Below the pieces are notes generated by a model. It saw nothing but the letters and a program-made list of their open reading frames with translations. It was not told where the DNA came from and did no database searches. DNA of 64,000 nucleotides from Longimicrobiales bacterium (GTDB taxonomy: Bacteria; Gemmatimonadota; Gemmatimonadetes; Longimicrobiales; Gaopeijiaceae): positions 256,001 to 320,000 of the forward strand of contig CBDCNQ010000002.1 of NCBI GenBank assembly GCA_965219445.1, read 5' to 3'. Position numbers and translations under genes: made by a program. Shown here one piece after another: positions 1 through 9,828 of this stretch; the first letter of the stretch is position 1; each line of letters opens with the position of its first letter.

Positions 1-352
1 CGATAAAGAGCGTCTCGACGCCCACGCGCCCGAACCGCCGCCGCACGAGCTTCGCGGTGAACTCCGGTCCGTTGTCCGACCTCAGATACTCGGGAGGCCC
101 GTGTCGGACGAACAGATCGGCCAGCACCTCGAGCACGTCGTGCGAGTAGTACGTCTGCTCGGTGATGCCGAGCTCCCGGCTGATCAGCTTCACGGATTTG
201 CCGCGGGCCAGACCGACCTCTGCCTCCCGCAGTGCAGTGATGATCCGCTCCGGAGTGTGTCGCTTCCTTCCCATCCTGACCTCCTCGCTGAAAAGCTTCA
301 GACCAGGTCCATCCTAACATTGCACCTGGTCTCGTTTCAGGGGGTCAGGTCA
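1..352 (-). mobile_element. IS3-family (IS407-like) element, left end plus internally deleted transposase; runs off the window
   Basis: Terminal sequence TGACCTGACCCCC ends at 352. From 274 the minus strand reads MGRKRHTPERIITALREAEV...ITEQTYY (OrfA HTH), fused in frame to SHDVLEVLADLFVRHGPPEYLRSDNGPEFTAK (OrfB integrase core). Confidence 0.85.
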
Positions 353-522
353 ATTCCCCGCAACACTTTCCGCGAGGGCCGATGGTCGGCTGCAGCGGGT
401 ACGACGCGGGATCTAGCAGCGATACCACGTACCTCGGTCGATTTGCCGCGCGTGGATGAACAGCAAACGGAACAATGGTGGAGATAACCCCTTCAAGCGG
501 CTTCGATCTGGTTACCGGCGGA

Positions 523-753
523 TCAGGTGATGAGAGAATACCTTCCATCTATTCGTTCGGTGGACCCAGTGGCTGTCCATAACGCACTCATGATCGCGCA
601 CGCCTCAACACAAGGAGGAACGTGCCCAAGTACCTCTTTGCCGATCGAAACGACCTCGTCCAGGCACTTCTTCTCGTGGGCGAAGTCCGCGTAGCGTTGC
701 GCTTCAGCCGTCGAATAGGCATGGCGAATGTGAGGGAGCAGATCGTCCTTCAT
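523..753 (-). CDS. hypothetical protein (possibly truncated cargo gene)
   Basis: 76-aa ORF, lower GC than the core genes, no recognisable motif. Confidence 0.35.
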   Translation of the reverse strand: MKDDLLPHIRHAYSTAEAQRYADFAHEKKCLDEVVSIGKEVLGHVPPCVEACAIMSALWTATGSTERIDGRYSLIT

Positions 754-833
754 GTAGTTGTATCGGACCCGGTTTCTTGGACAACTCGGCGGCCTAAACT
801 AGGCCGCCTGTGACGTCAGCATCCGCCTCGTCA

Positions 834-941
834 TTACCGGCTCGGGCCAAAGTCCCGCTCCGGCCCGCGCTGCCGTTCCCGCGCCTGTTGCTGCTGCTTC
901 TGTTTGGGACGGGGCTGCGGCAGGCGTTGTGGCTTGCTCAT
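834..941 (-). pseudogene. relaxase/Mob C-terminal tail-like remnant
   Basis: Reads MSKPQRLPQPRPKQKQQQQARERQRGPERDFGPSR*. The tail is nearly identical to that of 2469..2858 and resembles the charged C-termini of plasmid relaxases. Confidence 0.5.
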
Positions 942-953
942 TGACGAAGACTA

Positions 954-1493
954 TTACGCCTCTCCCTTTCGACACTTCTCCCTTGCCTCGGCGATTCCAC
1001 GGGCTGCCCCACTGAGATCATACCGGAAGATCGCGTTCCCTTCGGGAACGAGAGGAACCTCCAATTTCAACTCCTTCCGCTTCCATTCCACCAAGTGCTT
1101 CATCGTTTCCTCGACTTTGACGAAGTGAATGAATCTCCCATTTTCCACAAAATAGGCTTCCTCGGGCTTGGATCGTCCGCTCCACTTGGCCCGGAGCTTC
1201 TTTGTGCCCAAAAACCCCTCATCCCACCGAATTCGGACCTGACGGTCGAAGCCAATATAGACCTCTCCGTGCTTACCCGAGCACACGAAAGAAATAAAGC
1301 TCTCGATGCCATGTGAGCGAGCAAGCGGAGACCGGGCATACCAGGACACTTCGTCGGACATTTGATCGACGCGGTTGGAGATCGTCCATTCCGTCTCTTG
1401 CCCTTCGAGGTAATAGGCTGGAGCGATGAGGAAAAGCACAACGAGGCATGTCAACTTGAGTGAGCGTACGACAATGCTCATGAGGCCCACCAC
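954..1493 (-). CDS. exported hypothetical protein (VasI/TagO-like pattern)
   Basis: Signal-peptide-like N-terminus; W..DQMSD motif, conserved Cys, C-terminal F..DLSG..I...C pattern. Family call is from recall only. Confidence 0.55.
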   Translation of the reverse strand: MVGLMSIVVRSLKLTCLVVLFLIAPAYYLEGQETEWTISNRVDQMSDEVSWYARSPLARSHGIESFISFVCSGKHGEVYIGFDRQVRIRWDEGFLGTKKLRAKWSGRSKPEEAYFVENGRFIHFVKVEETMKHLVEWKRKELKLEVPLVPEGNAIFRYDLSGAARGIAEAREKCRKGEA

Positions 1494-1574
1494 GGCCCGC
1501 GCTTGGTCAGGGAAACCGTGACTGTGCCTGCCAAGCCTACGAATGTCGCCGCGATGGGTTGAGTCTTTAGCTCG

Positions 1575-1645
1575 GTGGCCACCGGCCCGCCCATACCGGA
1601 GAGGGCATCACCGATCGGAACCAACTCGCCGCGTTGACGCTGCAT
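1575..1645 (-). pseudogene. N-terminal stub of a putative plasmid replication protein (copy B)
   Basis: MQRQRGELVPIGDALSGMGGPV; imperfect direct repeat of 4187-4244. Confidence 0.45.
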
Positions 1646-1743
1646 GCCTTATTCTCCCATGCGGGCCAGACACCCTGACAGAGCCTCTCGGCAGCCGCCG
1701 TCACGCGATCCGCGCATGGGCTTTGCTCGGCCCGCAGGAACGC

Positions 1744-2292
1744 TCAAGCGTGAATGGGGTTGTCGCGATTCGTCCATTCCATGAACCAACAACGACCTGG
1801 ATAATGCCATGACGGATAATTTGAGATTCGGAACACGAAACCATAGTCGTCAGCAAAATCATTGAGCTGATCCATCTCTTTATTTAGTAGCCATGGGTAG
1901 GGTTGTGAGATTGCAATTGCTGGCTTCCCCGAGCGATTCCATATCGAGGCGTGATCCCATGCAGGTGGTGTTCTAGGCCAACTATCTGGCGGCGTGTCCC
2001 CGTAAGAACCCTTAGGTGACGACGCACCGACTATCTTCCACCAGCATCGAACCGTTTTTCTGGAAAGCTCGACACCAAGCGGATCAGCCCAATGCTTCTG
2101 CAATGTCCGCCTTGACCTCTCTACGCCCTTGTTTCCTTCCCCCACCGCATTTGCCACAAGAACTTGATCCACGCTCAAGTTCTCAGCACTAAACACTTGT
2201 GTATTAGCATCATTCAGAAATTGCCCCAAGAACTCCTTGCTTGCTCGACCCAGTGGGGAAACCTCTGAAAATCTCTCGCCTTTTCTGAACAT
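1744..2292 (-). CDS. hypothetical protein
   Basis: 182-aa ORF with low GC; WDH..W...G.P....SQPY and SWHYPG motifs suggest a real phage/plasmid protein. Confidence 0.6.
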   Translation of the reverse strand: MFRKGERFSEVSPLGRASKEFLGQFLNDANTQVFSAENLSVDQVLVANAVGEGNKGVERSRRTLQKHWADPLGVELSRKTVRCWWKIVGASSPKGSYGDTPPDSWPRTPPAWDHASIWNRSGKPAIAISQPYPWLLNKEMDQLNDFADDYGFVFRISNYPSWHYPGRCWFMEWTNRDNPIHA

Positions 2293-2468
2293 TTCTATCG
2301 TCTCCGGTTGCCAGAACGAGCCACTCGCGTGGAGGGCATGGCAATACGTCGGGGGGCGCTACCCTTAACTGGGAGGACTCCAACCAAGACGCTGATTAGC
2401 TCAACGCTCATGCTTCTTCCTCCCAATCCGTCTGCCCCATTCTCTCACGCCCCCTGAGCAAGACCAAA

Positions 2469-2858
2469 CTAGCGGCTGGGGCCATAGTCCCGCTCTGGCC
2501 CCCCGCGTTCCGGCCCACGGCGCTCCCTGGTTTGCCTTGCCGTCTCTTGCCTAGCCCACTCCACTTGCCTAGCCTTCTCTTGTTGGCTGGCCTTCTCCAC
2601 TGCCCGCCTCATCTTCTCGTAAGCCAGCTCTCCGTCGATCTCCCGCACCTGCTCCAGCCGCTCCTCCAACATCGAGTCCTTGATCCTGTACCATTCGACA
2701 GGACGACTACCGTAAGAACGCAGTAAGAGCCCGTCCGTCCGCGCCGCCCCCCGCGCCCGTTCAACGTCGAGCTTCTGAGCATCGAGCCGAGCGCGACGTC
2801 TGCAAGACATAGAATCAGACACGGGATACGACACACTGCGGCGCGCGCCGGACGGCAC
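2469..2858 (-). pseudogene. relaxase/Mob C-terminal fragment (coiled coil with GPERDYGPSR tail)
   Basis: Charged coiled coil ending RERRGPERGGPERDYGPSR; no relaxase catalytic domain upstream. Confidence 0.5.
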
Positions 2859-2885
2859 CCTTGCCCGCCTGTCGCAAACGACCGT

Positions 2886-3368
2886 TTACGACACATGCTG
2901 GATCGGCCAGGCCCCCGTTGTGACGAGCTGCGCCACCTGGCCGCGCGCGACTGAACCACTCTCATCCATCAGCTCGGTGAGTTTCCTCGAAAACGTCGCA
3001 ACTGAGGCTTTGGATACTTGGCTTATTTTCCTTTGGGCGAATCCGTCATTGAACGCGATCTTGCCAAACATCATGCCGGTCTCAACCGAGACCCCTCGGA
3101 TCTTTTTAATGGGGATGGCCGTTTGCTTTAAGCCGTAGAAGAACCCTTTGTCGAGGAAAAGCACGCGCTTATCAGTCAAAGCGATGAGCCACGTGTTTCC
3201 GTCCATAAACCCTGAAGAAAACGCCAGAACTTGCTCGGCAGGCATAAGCGTGCTCGGCAGGTATTTAAGTTCTTTTTTCGTGAAGAATTGATCGTCGCCG
3301 CTCTCATGTGCGATTCTGGCGAATTCCTTCTTCAGCTCCGCTTCCGATGCGTTCTTGAAGTCGAACAC
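2886..3368 (-). CDS. bacterial PH-domain protein (bPH_3/YokE-like)
   Basis: KKELKYLP..L...EQVLAFSSGFMDGNTWLIALTDKRVLFLDKG pattern. Confidence 0.75.
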   Translation of the reverse strand: MFDFKNASEAELKKEFARIAHESGDDQFFTKKELKYLPSTLMPAEQVLAFSSGFMDGNTWLIALTDKRVLFLDKGFFYGLKQTAIPIKKIRGVSVETGMMFGKIAFNDGFAQRKISQVSKASVATFSRKLTELMDESGSVARGQVAQLVTTGAWPIQHVS

Positions 3369-3873
3369 CGGCAGACTCCTTTTTCCCTTCTCTTGCCTTG
3401 AGGACTATTCCACGAGGCGCAGTCCCTGGTCGCCGCGTATCGCGCCGTCGCAGGGGAGAGCAGCGTTCACTTAAGTTGGGTGCGCCGCGCAATTCACGCA
3501 ATTCCCTGATTGATTCACGAAGCCCGAGGAAGCTCGCCATGTTTAGTTCTAGTCTTTGGCGAAGGCTGGAGCGCCAATTGTCTACGCTGGCCTGTTCCTC
3601 AGTAGTCAGTATCGGCAGTTCGGGCGGTGCTTCGAGAAGTGCAAGGACAGCCCGCCCGTCGGCCTCCCCTACGTCAATGGCACGTTCTAGGCGTAGAACC
3701 TGCCCGCGTACTTCCTCGGTCAGATAGTTTTCCACGGACAGGTTGGTCGAAAGATGTTTCGCAACCGCTTGGAACTCCGCTATGTGAGCGTCCATTGCCT
3801 CAGTAGCCCGCATAACCTCATCGGCCCACGCTTCACGCCGCGCCTGTGCCAGTAGATCAGCAAGATTTTCCAA
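3304..3873 (-). CDS. hypothetical helical protein
   Basis: 189-aa ORF with an SD-like GGAGG upstream; the C-terminus may be readthrough. Confidence 0.45.
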   Translation of the reverse strand: MENLADLLAQARREAWADEVMRATEAMDAHIAEFQAVAKHLSTNLSVENYLTEEVRGQVLRLERAIDVGEADGRAVLALLEAPPELPILTTEEQASVDNWRSSLRQRLELNMASFLGLRESIRELRELRGAPNLSERCSPLRRRDTRRPGTAPRGIVLKAREGKKESAGVRLQERIGSGAEEGIRQNRT

Positions 3874-4149
3874 TAACGCCCTCCTGCTCTACGGGTCCAG
3901 GTGGTGGACGGTTGCCAAGGAACAGCAGGCCCGTCAGCTGGGCGCAGACCGCACGGTGATGGCCTCGCGCAATCCTTCCAGCAGCCCTTCCAGATGCGCC
4001 ATGCGCTCGCGCAGTTCGCCCCAGGCGTGACGTTTGCCGCCCGGCCATGTTTTGGCCCCCCCGCCTCGCCGCCACGCGGCCCGTAGAACGCCACCTGAGC
4101 CCCTCACGATAGCCCCATTAGCCGGACACGGGGCAGTGCGATTCGATAG

Positions 4150-4250
4150 CCCTCGCCGGGCCTCGCCTCGCGGAGCGCCTTTACAGGGCCGCCCAGGCCG
4201 GAGAGGGCTATCACCGATGGGAACCAAATCGTCTCGTTTACGCTTCAGGT
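4150..4250 (-). pseudogene. N-terminal stub of a putative plasmid replication protein (copy A)
   Basis: KRKRDDLVPIGD / LSGLGGPVKALREARP with one frameshift; repeat of 1584-1641. Confidence 0.45.
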
Positions 4251-4272
4251 AGTCCCTGAGGCTTGGGCTCCG

Positions 4273-4608
4273 TTGGGCATCATACCCATCGCAGTTGGAC
4301 TAGGAGTGGTAGTGGCAGGCGCCCTTCAGTTCAGGAAAACGAAGACCGCGATCAAGCCTTTCGATCAGCCTTCAGCCCTGGTCACGGGTGGCGTATTTCG
4401 GGTGAGCCGGAACCCGATGTATCTCGCGATGATCGTGATCCAGCTCGGCACGGCGTTCGGTTTGGGAACACTCCTTACCTTCTTCGTGCCTCCCGCACTG
4501 GCTTGGCTGCTTTCCCGGAGGTTCATCGAGAGGGAGGAGGCCGCCTTGAGTCAGACGTTCGGCGCTGACTATGACCGGTATAAGAGCCGAGTACGGCGGT
4601 GGCTGTGA
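4273..4608 (+). CDS. isoprenylcysteine carboxyl methyltransferase/PEMT family membrane protein, probably 5'-truncated
   Basis: LVTGGVFRVSRNPMY and EE..L...FG..Y..Y...VRRWL motifs; short N-terminus abutting the mobile remnant. Confidence 0.8.
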   Translation: MGIIPIAVGLGVVVAGALQFRKTKTAIKPFDQPSALVTGGVFRVSRNPMYLAMIVIQLGTAFGLGTLLTFFVPPALAWLLSRRFIEREEAALSQTFGADYDRYKSRVRRWL

Positions 4609-5165
4609 GTACCTTGAGAGCGAAGCGCCTGTGTCGTCTCGATGTTCAAGGATTCGACACGGTGGACGAGGACCTCCTAGCCCAAGTGGCACCGTGGTTG
4701 CGTCTGGCGTTCGGCCTTTGCGCGACCTTGGCGATCGTCGGCACCGCGCTTGCCTCAACGACCCTCTTGCTGACACTCGCCGGGATCGCGTTTCTTGCGG
4801 CGGTTTTTCCCGTCCATCCGTTCGACCTGATCTACAATCATGGGATCCGTTACGCGACCGGGACGCCACCTCTTCCCAAGCGGGGCCCCCCCAATCGATT
4901 CGCGTGCGGAATTGGAGCGCTGTGGCTGATCGTAACTGTGGGGGCGTTCGAGTCGTCGCTGACGACTGTCGCCTATGTTCTGGGATTTACGCTGGCCGGG
5001 GTGGCTATTCTGGTAAGCGCGATGGACATCTGCATCCCGTCCATGATCTTCCGGGCCATATTCGGCCCCCCGCTGCCCCGGCCGGTGGGCCTGGACGCGT
5101 CGGAGGATGAGGTCGCGAAGCCTCCTCTCAATCGCCGAGATCGAGATCGTCTGTATCGATGGTGA
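4599..5165 (+). CDS. DUF4395-like membrane protein
   Basis: Hydrophobic helices, HPFDLIYN, P.RFACGIG, DICIPS.IF. Confidence 0.7.
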   Translation: MAVSTLRAKRLCRLDVQGFDTVDEDLLAQVAPWLRLAFGLCATLAIVGTALASTTLLLTLAGIAFLAAVFPVHPFDLIYNHGIRYATGTPPLPKRGPPNRFACGIGALWLIVTVGAFESSLTTVAYVLGFTLAGVAILVSAMDICIPSMIFRAIFGPPLPRPVGLDASEDEVAKPPLNRRDRDRLYRW

Positions 5166-5321
5166 GCCCCAAGCATCCTAGAAGAGGCACGAGGTAAAGG
5201 ACGCTAAGCCACTACCGACTTGTGTGCGGTTTCCACATCTTTCGATTGGCCGCGACGGGACACTGCCGGCCGACGCCGCCATTTTCTTGGCGCCGTCAAA
5301 CTCCAACGTAGGGTTCGGACG

Positions 5322-8315
5322 ATGAGATTTAAACTTGTTCTATTTTGTACTGCGCTGGCCGCACTTGGCGCCACGAGCCTCGAGTCTCAGACTCGGGTGC
5401 TGACGGGCCGTGTGGTTGACGCTTCAACCGGCGCCGGGCTTGCGGGGGCCGGCATCACCGTTGCGGGTTCAGCAGCCCGGGCGTTCGCGGGACAGGACGG
5501 CTCCTTCAACCTCAACGTGCCGGTCGGTGGCGTTGAGCTCACCGTGCGGAGGATCGGGTTCAGAGACTTGACGATCTCCGTTCCGGCTGGCCAAAGCGAC
5601 GTAACGTTTGCTCTTGATGTCGACGCACTCATGATGGATGCGGTGGTTGTGACCGGACTGGCCACCGACATTTCCCGCCGGAACCTCGCCAACGCGGTCG
5701 CGGTGGTTCAAGGCGACGCGGTGCGGCAAGTAACATCGCAGAGCGTCGAGCACGCGCTTCAGGGCAAGGTGCTCGGTGCGTACATTCAGACCAACTCGGG
5801 TGCTCCGGGTGGCGGTGCGCAGGTGCGGATGAGGGGGATTACCTCCATCAACGCCACGGCGTCTCCGCTGTGGGTCATCGATGGGATCATCGTTAGCGAC
5901 GTTTCGATCCCCTCCAATCAGAATGTCGTGTCCGGTGCATCCAGTGGAAACAATCCGGCTCTCACCCAGGACGGTCAGGTCAACCGGATCGTGGACATCA
6001 ATCCTGAGGACATCGAGAACATCGAGGTCCTCAAGGGTGCATCCGCATCGGCCATCTATGGCTCGAAGGCCTCGAACGGCGTGATCATCGTCACGACGAG
6101 GCGTGGAACCGCAGGTGCACCAAGGCTCAACGTCCGTCAGCGGTTCGGCTTCTTCGACCTTTCCAACAAGCTGGGCTTCCGCACGTTCGAGACGGTTGCC
6201 GAGTTTGACGATCTTCGAGGCGCCGGTGCCGCGGCGGCCACTGGGTTTCAGCCGGGAGTCACCTTCGATCTCGAAGAGGCATTGGCAGGCCGAAACGCCC
6301 TCTCCCACGAAACGGCTTTCGACGTGAGCGGCGGGTCCGCTGACACGCGCTACTTCATTTCGGGGCTGTGGCAAGACGACGAAGGGATCATGGCTAACAC
6401 CGGATTCGCGAAGCAGTCCCTGCGATTGAACCTCGATCAACAATTCGGTGATCGGGTCTCGGCGAGTGTCAGCACCAATCTGATCCACACCAATGCGCGG
6501 CGTGGCCTGACCAACAACGACAACAATGGCGTGAGCCCGTACATGGTATGGGCGTTCACCTACAACTCCTTTGATCTTTCGCAGCGGGCCGACGGGTCTT
6601 TCCCCGACAATCCGTTCCAGCCTAGCAATCCCCTAGCGACCCTCGCGCAGATGGAGAACGATGAGGACGTTTGGCGGATCCTCTCGTCGGGACAGGTCGA
6701 TTGGAACCTATTCGACGGGGAACGTTCGAGTCTGACGCTCTTGGGATTGGCCGGCGTGGACTATTTCCAGCAGAAGAACAGGCTGTTCTTTCCGCCGGAG
6801 CTCCAGTTCGAGGACGACGACGGTTTTGCAGGGACGTCCCTGCTGAGCAACAGCGACAACCTCAACGTGAACCTCAACGCGAGCGCCGTGCACACGTATG
6901 ACTTGAGCGGCGGCAACACGGCCCTCACGACATCGGCAGGCGTTCAGTACCAGACCCAGGATCTCGACATCAGCCGGATCGAGAGCAGGGGCCTCACCGC
7001 GGGACAGCCCAACGTCTCCGCTGGATCGAACGTCAACGTCAGGCAGCAACGAGAGCGGGTCGAGAACCTCGGCTTCTTCCTGCAGGAAGAGATGCTCACG
7101 TTGGACGACCGGCTGCTCCTTACTGCGGGTATCCGCGCTGACCAGAGCAGCGTGAATGCGGATGACACCGAGCTCTACTACTTCCCGAAAGCTTCAGCGT
7201 CCTGGCGGATCCCGGATCTCGGAGGGGGCTTCCTCGACGAGATTAAATTCCGGGCCGCGTATGGAGAGTCTGGCAACCTCCCGCTCTATGGGGACAGGTT
7301 CACGCCGCTGGAGGCCACGAACGTGATCGGGGGAGTCGCCGGCACGGTGATTCCGGTGAGCAATCTCGATGCGGTGGTGGGATCGCCCACACTCAAACCC
7401 GAGCGCCAGCAGGAAGTCGAGGCCGGTATCGACGCAACGCTCTTGGACAGGCGTGCGAGCCTCGAGCTCAATGTGTATCAGAAGAACATCAGCGATTTGA
7501 TCGTGAGACGGCGGCTGGCCCCGTCGTCAGGATTTGGGGAGGAAGTCTTCAACGGGGGCAAGCTCCGAACTCGCGGTGTCGAGGTCGGCTTGGGTATTAC
7601 CGCCGTACAGTCGCAAAGTCTCAATTGGTTCTTCCGGACCAGCTTCTTCCTGAATCGCAGTGAGATCACGCAGCTCGATGTGCCCTCGTTCCTCCCAGGC
7701 AGCACTGGCTTCGGGGTGGGTCTGGGGCAAATCAGAATCGAAGAGGGGATGTCCGCCACTCAGATGGTCGGCAATATCGGCCAGGACGCAGCGGGCAGTC
7801 CGATCGAGGGCGTGGTGGGCGACGTAAATCCCGACTTCAACGTGGGGTTCACCAACGATCTCTCCTATAACAACTTTGGCTTCTATTTCCACCTGGACTG
7901 GCAGCAGGGGGGGGATATCATGAACCTCACCAAGCTGTTGTACGACCTGGGAAGCAACTGGGCAGGCTTCAATGAGCCGGACCAGCAGGGTTTGACGGGT
8001 GCGGAGCGGAACGCCATGTCACCGATCGGCGGTTCGCAGCAGACAGGGGTCTATGTCGAAGAGGCCACGTTCCTCAAAATGCGGGAGATCACACTCTCGT
8101 ATGAGCTCGACTCCGATATGGTATCATCCATTTGGGGAGCAGTGGACCGCGTCGGCCTCACGCTCAGCGGGCGCAACCTCCTGACCTTCACCAAGTACAC
8201 CGGGATCGACCCCGAAGTCAGCAACTTTGGTAACCAACCCAGCGGACGGAACATCGATGTCGCTCCGTTCCCCCCGAGCCGGAGTTTCTGGCTCGGAATC
8301 GACGTGGGGTTCTGA
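5322..8315 (+). CDS. susC: SusC/RagA family TonB-dependent outer membrane transporter
   Basis: Signal peptide MRFKLVL, plug motifs PLWVIDG and DIENIEVLKGASASAIYGSKASNGVIIVTT, C-terminal Phe. Confidence 0.95.
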   Translation: MRFKLVLFCTALAALGATSLESQTRVLTGRVVDASTGAGLAGAGITVAGSAARAFAGQDGSFNLNVPVGGVELTVRRIGFRDLTISVPAGQSDVTFALDVDALMMDAVVVTGLATDISRRNLANAVAVVQGDAVRQVTSQSVEHALQGKVLGAYIQTNSGAPGGGAQVRMRGITSINATASPLWVIDGIIVSDVSIPSNQNVVSGASSGNNPALTQDGQVNRIVDINPEDIENIEVLKGASASAIYGSKASNGVIIVTTRRGTAGAPRLNVRQRFGFFDLSNKLGFRTFETVAEFDDLRGAGAAAATGFQPGVTFDLEEALAGRNALSHETAFDVSGGSADTRYFISGLWQDDEGIMANTGFAKQSLRLNLDQQFGDRVSASVSTNLIHTNARRGLTNNDNNGVSPYMVWAFTYNSFDLSQRADGSFPDNPFQPSNPLATLAQMENDEDVWRILSSGQVDWNLFDGERSSLTLLGLAGVDYFQQKNRLFFPPELQFEDDDGFAGTSLLSNSDNLNVNLNASAVHTYDLSGGNTALTTSAGVQYQTQDLDISRIESRGLTAGQPNVSAGSNVNVRQQRERVENLGFFLQEEMLTLDDRLLLTAGIRADQSSVNADDTELYYFPKASASWRIPDLGGGFLDEIKFRAAYGESGNLPLYGDRFTPLEATNVIGGVAGTVIPVSNLDAVVGSPTLKPERQQEVEAGIDATLLDRRASLELNVYQKNISDLIVRRRLAPSSGFGEEVFNGGKLRTRGVEVGLGITAVQSQSLNWFFRTSFFLNRSEITQLDVPSFLPGSTGFGVGLGQIRIEEGMSATQMVGNIGQDAAGSPIEGVVGDVNPDFNVGFTNDLSYNNFGFYFHLDWQQGGDIMNLTKLLYDLGSNWAGFNEPDQQGLTGAERNAMSPIGGSQQTGVYVEEATFLKMREITLSYELDSDMVSSIWGAVDRVGLTLSGRNLLTFTKYTGIDPEVSNFGNQPSGRNIDVAPFPPSRSFWLGIDVGF

Positions 8316-8341
8316 TCATGGCGATCCAGGAGATGATACGG

Positions 8342-9757
8342 ATGAAAGTCCTTCGATACTTACCGATAGTACTGGCTCTCGCCCTGACCTCATGTAATGA
8401 TCTGATCGTGGCAGACCTGAATAACCCCGGCTTAGATCAGCTTTCGGAGAACCCGACGCGATCGGCAGTCTTGGCGGCCACCCAGGGGCTGTTCATTTCC
8501 GCACGAACCGGCATGGCAACCCGTGCGGGATACGTATCCGGACTCGGGATTGTGGGGCGTGAATCGTACAACTTCGACGCTGCGGACCCGCGATTCAGCG
8601 CCCAGCTGCTCGTAGGGCCACTAGACGGGGGGAGTCCCGCGTTTGGGGGCGCCCACTGGAACGCACGATTCCGTGGTGTTCGAGGTGCCGCCAACGTGCT
8701 GCTGGCCGTGGCAGAACTGGACGACGCTGATTTAGCGCCGGCCGAGAAGGCGGGAATCCGAGGCATCGCCAACACCCTCATGGGGTTGCAGCTTTTGCTG
8801 GCCCTCAACACGCGGGACACGAACGGGATCCCGACCGCCGTGAATCCCGATCCGACGGGCACTCCTGAGCCGTTCAAGACCAAGAGTGCGGCATTTGCTG
8901 ACATTGTCGCGATCATGGAATCCGCGGCAACGGATCTCGGGGCGGCGGGCGCCTCGTTTCCGTCAGATCTGAGCCTCCCCCTGGGATACGCGATAGCCGA
9001 CACCCCCGCCGGTTTCCTCGCTTTCAACCGGGCACTGCGGGCGCGAATCGCCATATACTTGGGCGACTTCGCCGGAGCGTTGACAACGTACCTTCCCGCG
9101 TCGTTCCTAGACGACGCCGCGGCGTTCAGCATGGGTGTGTCCTACGACTTCGGAACGGGCTCGGGTGAAATACAGAACCTGCTCAACGACGATTCAGAGA
9201 GGATATTGACGCATCCGTCCATCCGGGCAGAGGCCCAGTTGCAGGGGGGGGGGGCGCTCGACCGAAGATTCCTGGACAAGACCACGTTCCTAGACGGCGC
9301 CGCAACGAAACCGGATCAGGCCAGCCTGGGAATTTCTACGGACCTGAAGTTTGCCCATTACCCCAGCCCCACGAGCTCCTTACCGATCATTCGGAACGAG
9401 GAGCTGATCCTGCTCCGGGCCGAGGCCAACATAGGCGCTGGTACTGCGGCCGCGGCACTGGCCGACATCAACCTCGTTCGGACCACGGCGGGTGGACTCG
9501 ATGCCATTGCCGGGGCTGCGTGGGCGGCCATGACGGTGAACGCGCAGTTGGACGAGCTCCTCTATAACAAACGTTACTCACTCTTGTTTGAGGGTGGCTA
9601 CCGTTGGATCGACATGCGGCTGTATGACAAGCTGGATGAGATCACTCTGAGCGTGTCGACCAATGCGCCTGCTCCTGCTTTTACCGTCCCGACTGCGTAT
9701 CCGGTGCCTACGCAGGAGTGTGATGCGCGCGCTGGCGAAAGCGTACCTTCTTGCTGA
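8342..9757 (+). CDS. susD: RagB/SusD family nutrient-binding lipoprotein
   Basis: Lipobox LTSC, IIRNEELILLRAEA, LLFEGGYRWIDMR; directly follows susC. Alternative start at 8318. Confidence 0.93.
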   Translation: MKVLRYLPIVLALALTSCNDLIVADLNNPGLDQLSENPTRSAVLAATQGLFISARTGMATRAGYVSGLGIVGRESYNFDAADPRFSAQLLVGPLDGGSPAFGGAHWNARFRGVRGAANVLLAVAELDDADLAPAEKAGIRGIANTLMGLQLLLALNTRDTNGIPTAVNPDPTGTPEPFKTKSAAFADIVAIMESAATDLGAAGASFPSDLSLPLGYAIADTPAGFLAFNRALRARIAIYLGDFAGALTTYLPASFLDDAAAFSMGVSYDFGTGSGEIQNLLNDDSERILTHPSIRAEAQLQGGGALDRRFLDKTTFLDGAATKPDQASLGISTDLKFAHYPSPTSSLPIIRNEELILLRAEANIGAGTAAAALADINLVRTTAGGLDAIAGAAWAAMTVNAQLDELLYNKRYSLLFEGGYRWIDMRLYDKLDEITLSVSTNAPAPAFTVPTAYPVPTQECDARAGESVPSC

Positions 9758-9828
9758 TCGGGTGTGATTGACGGGGGGCGCGCGGCTCGGAGCCGCGCGT
9801 CCCTCTGCAAGCGAGAAGCCCGGAGCTT

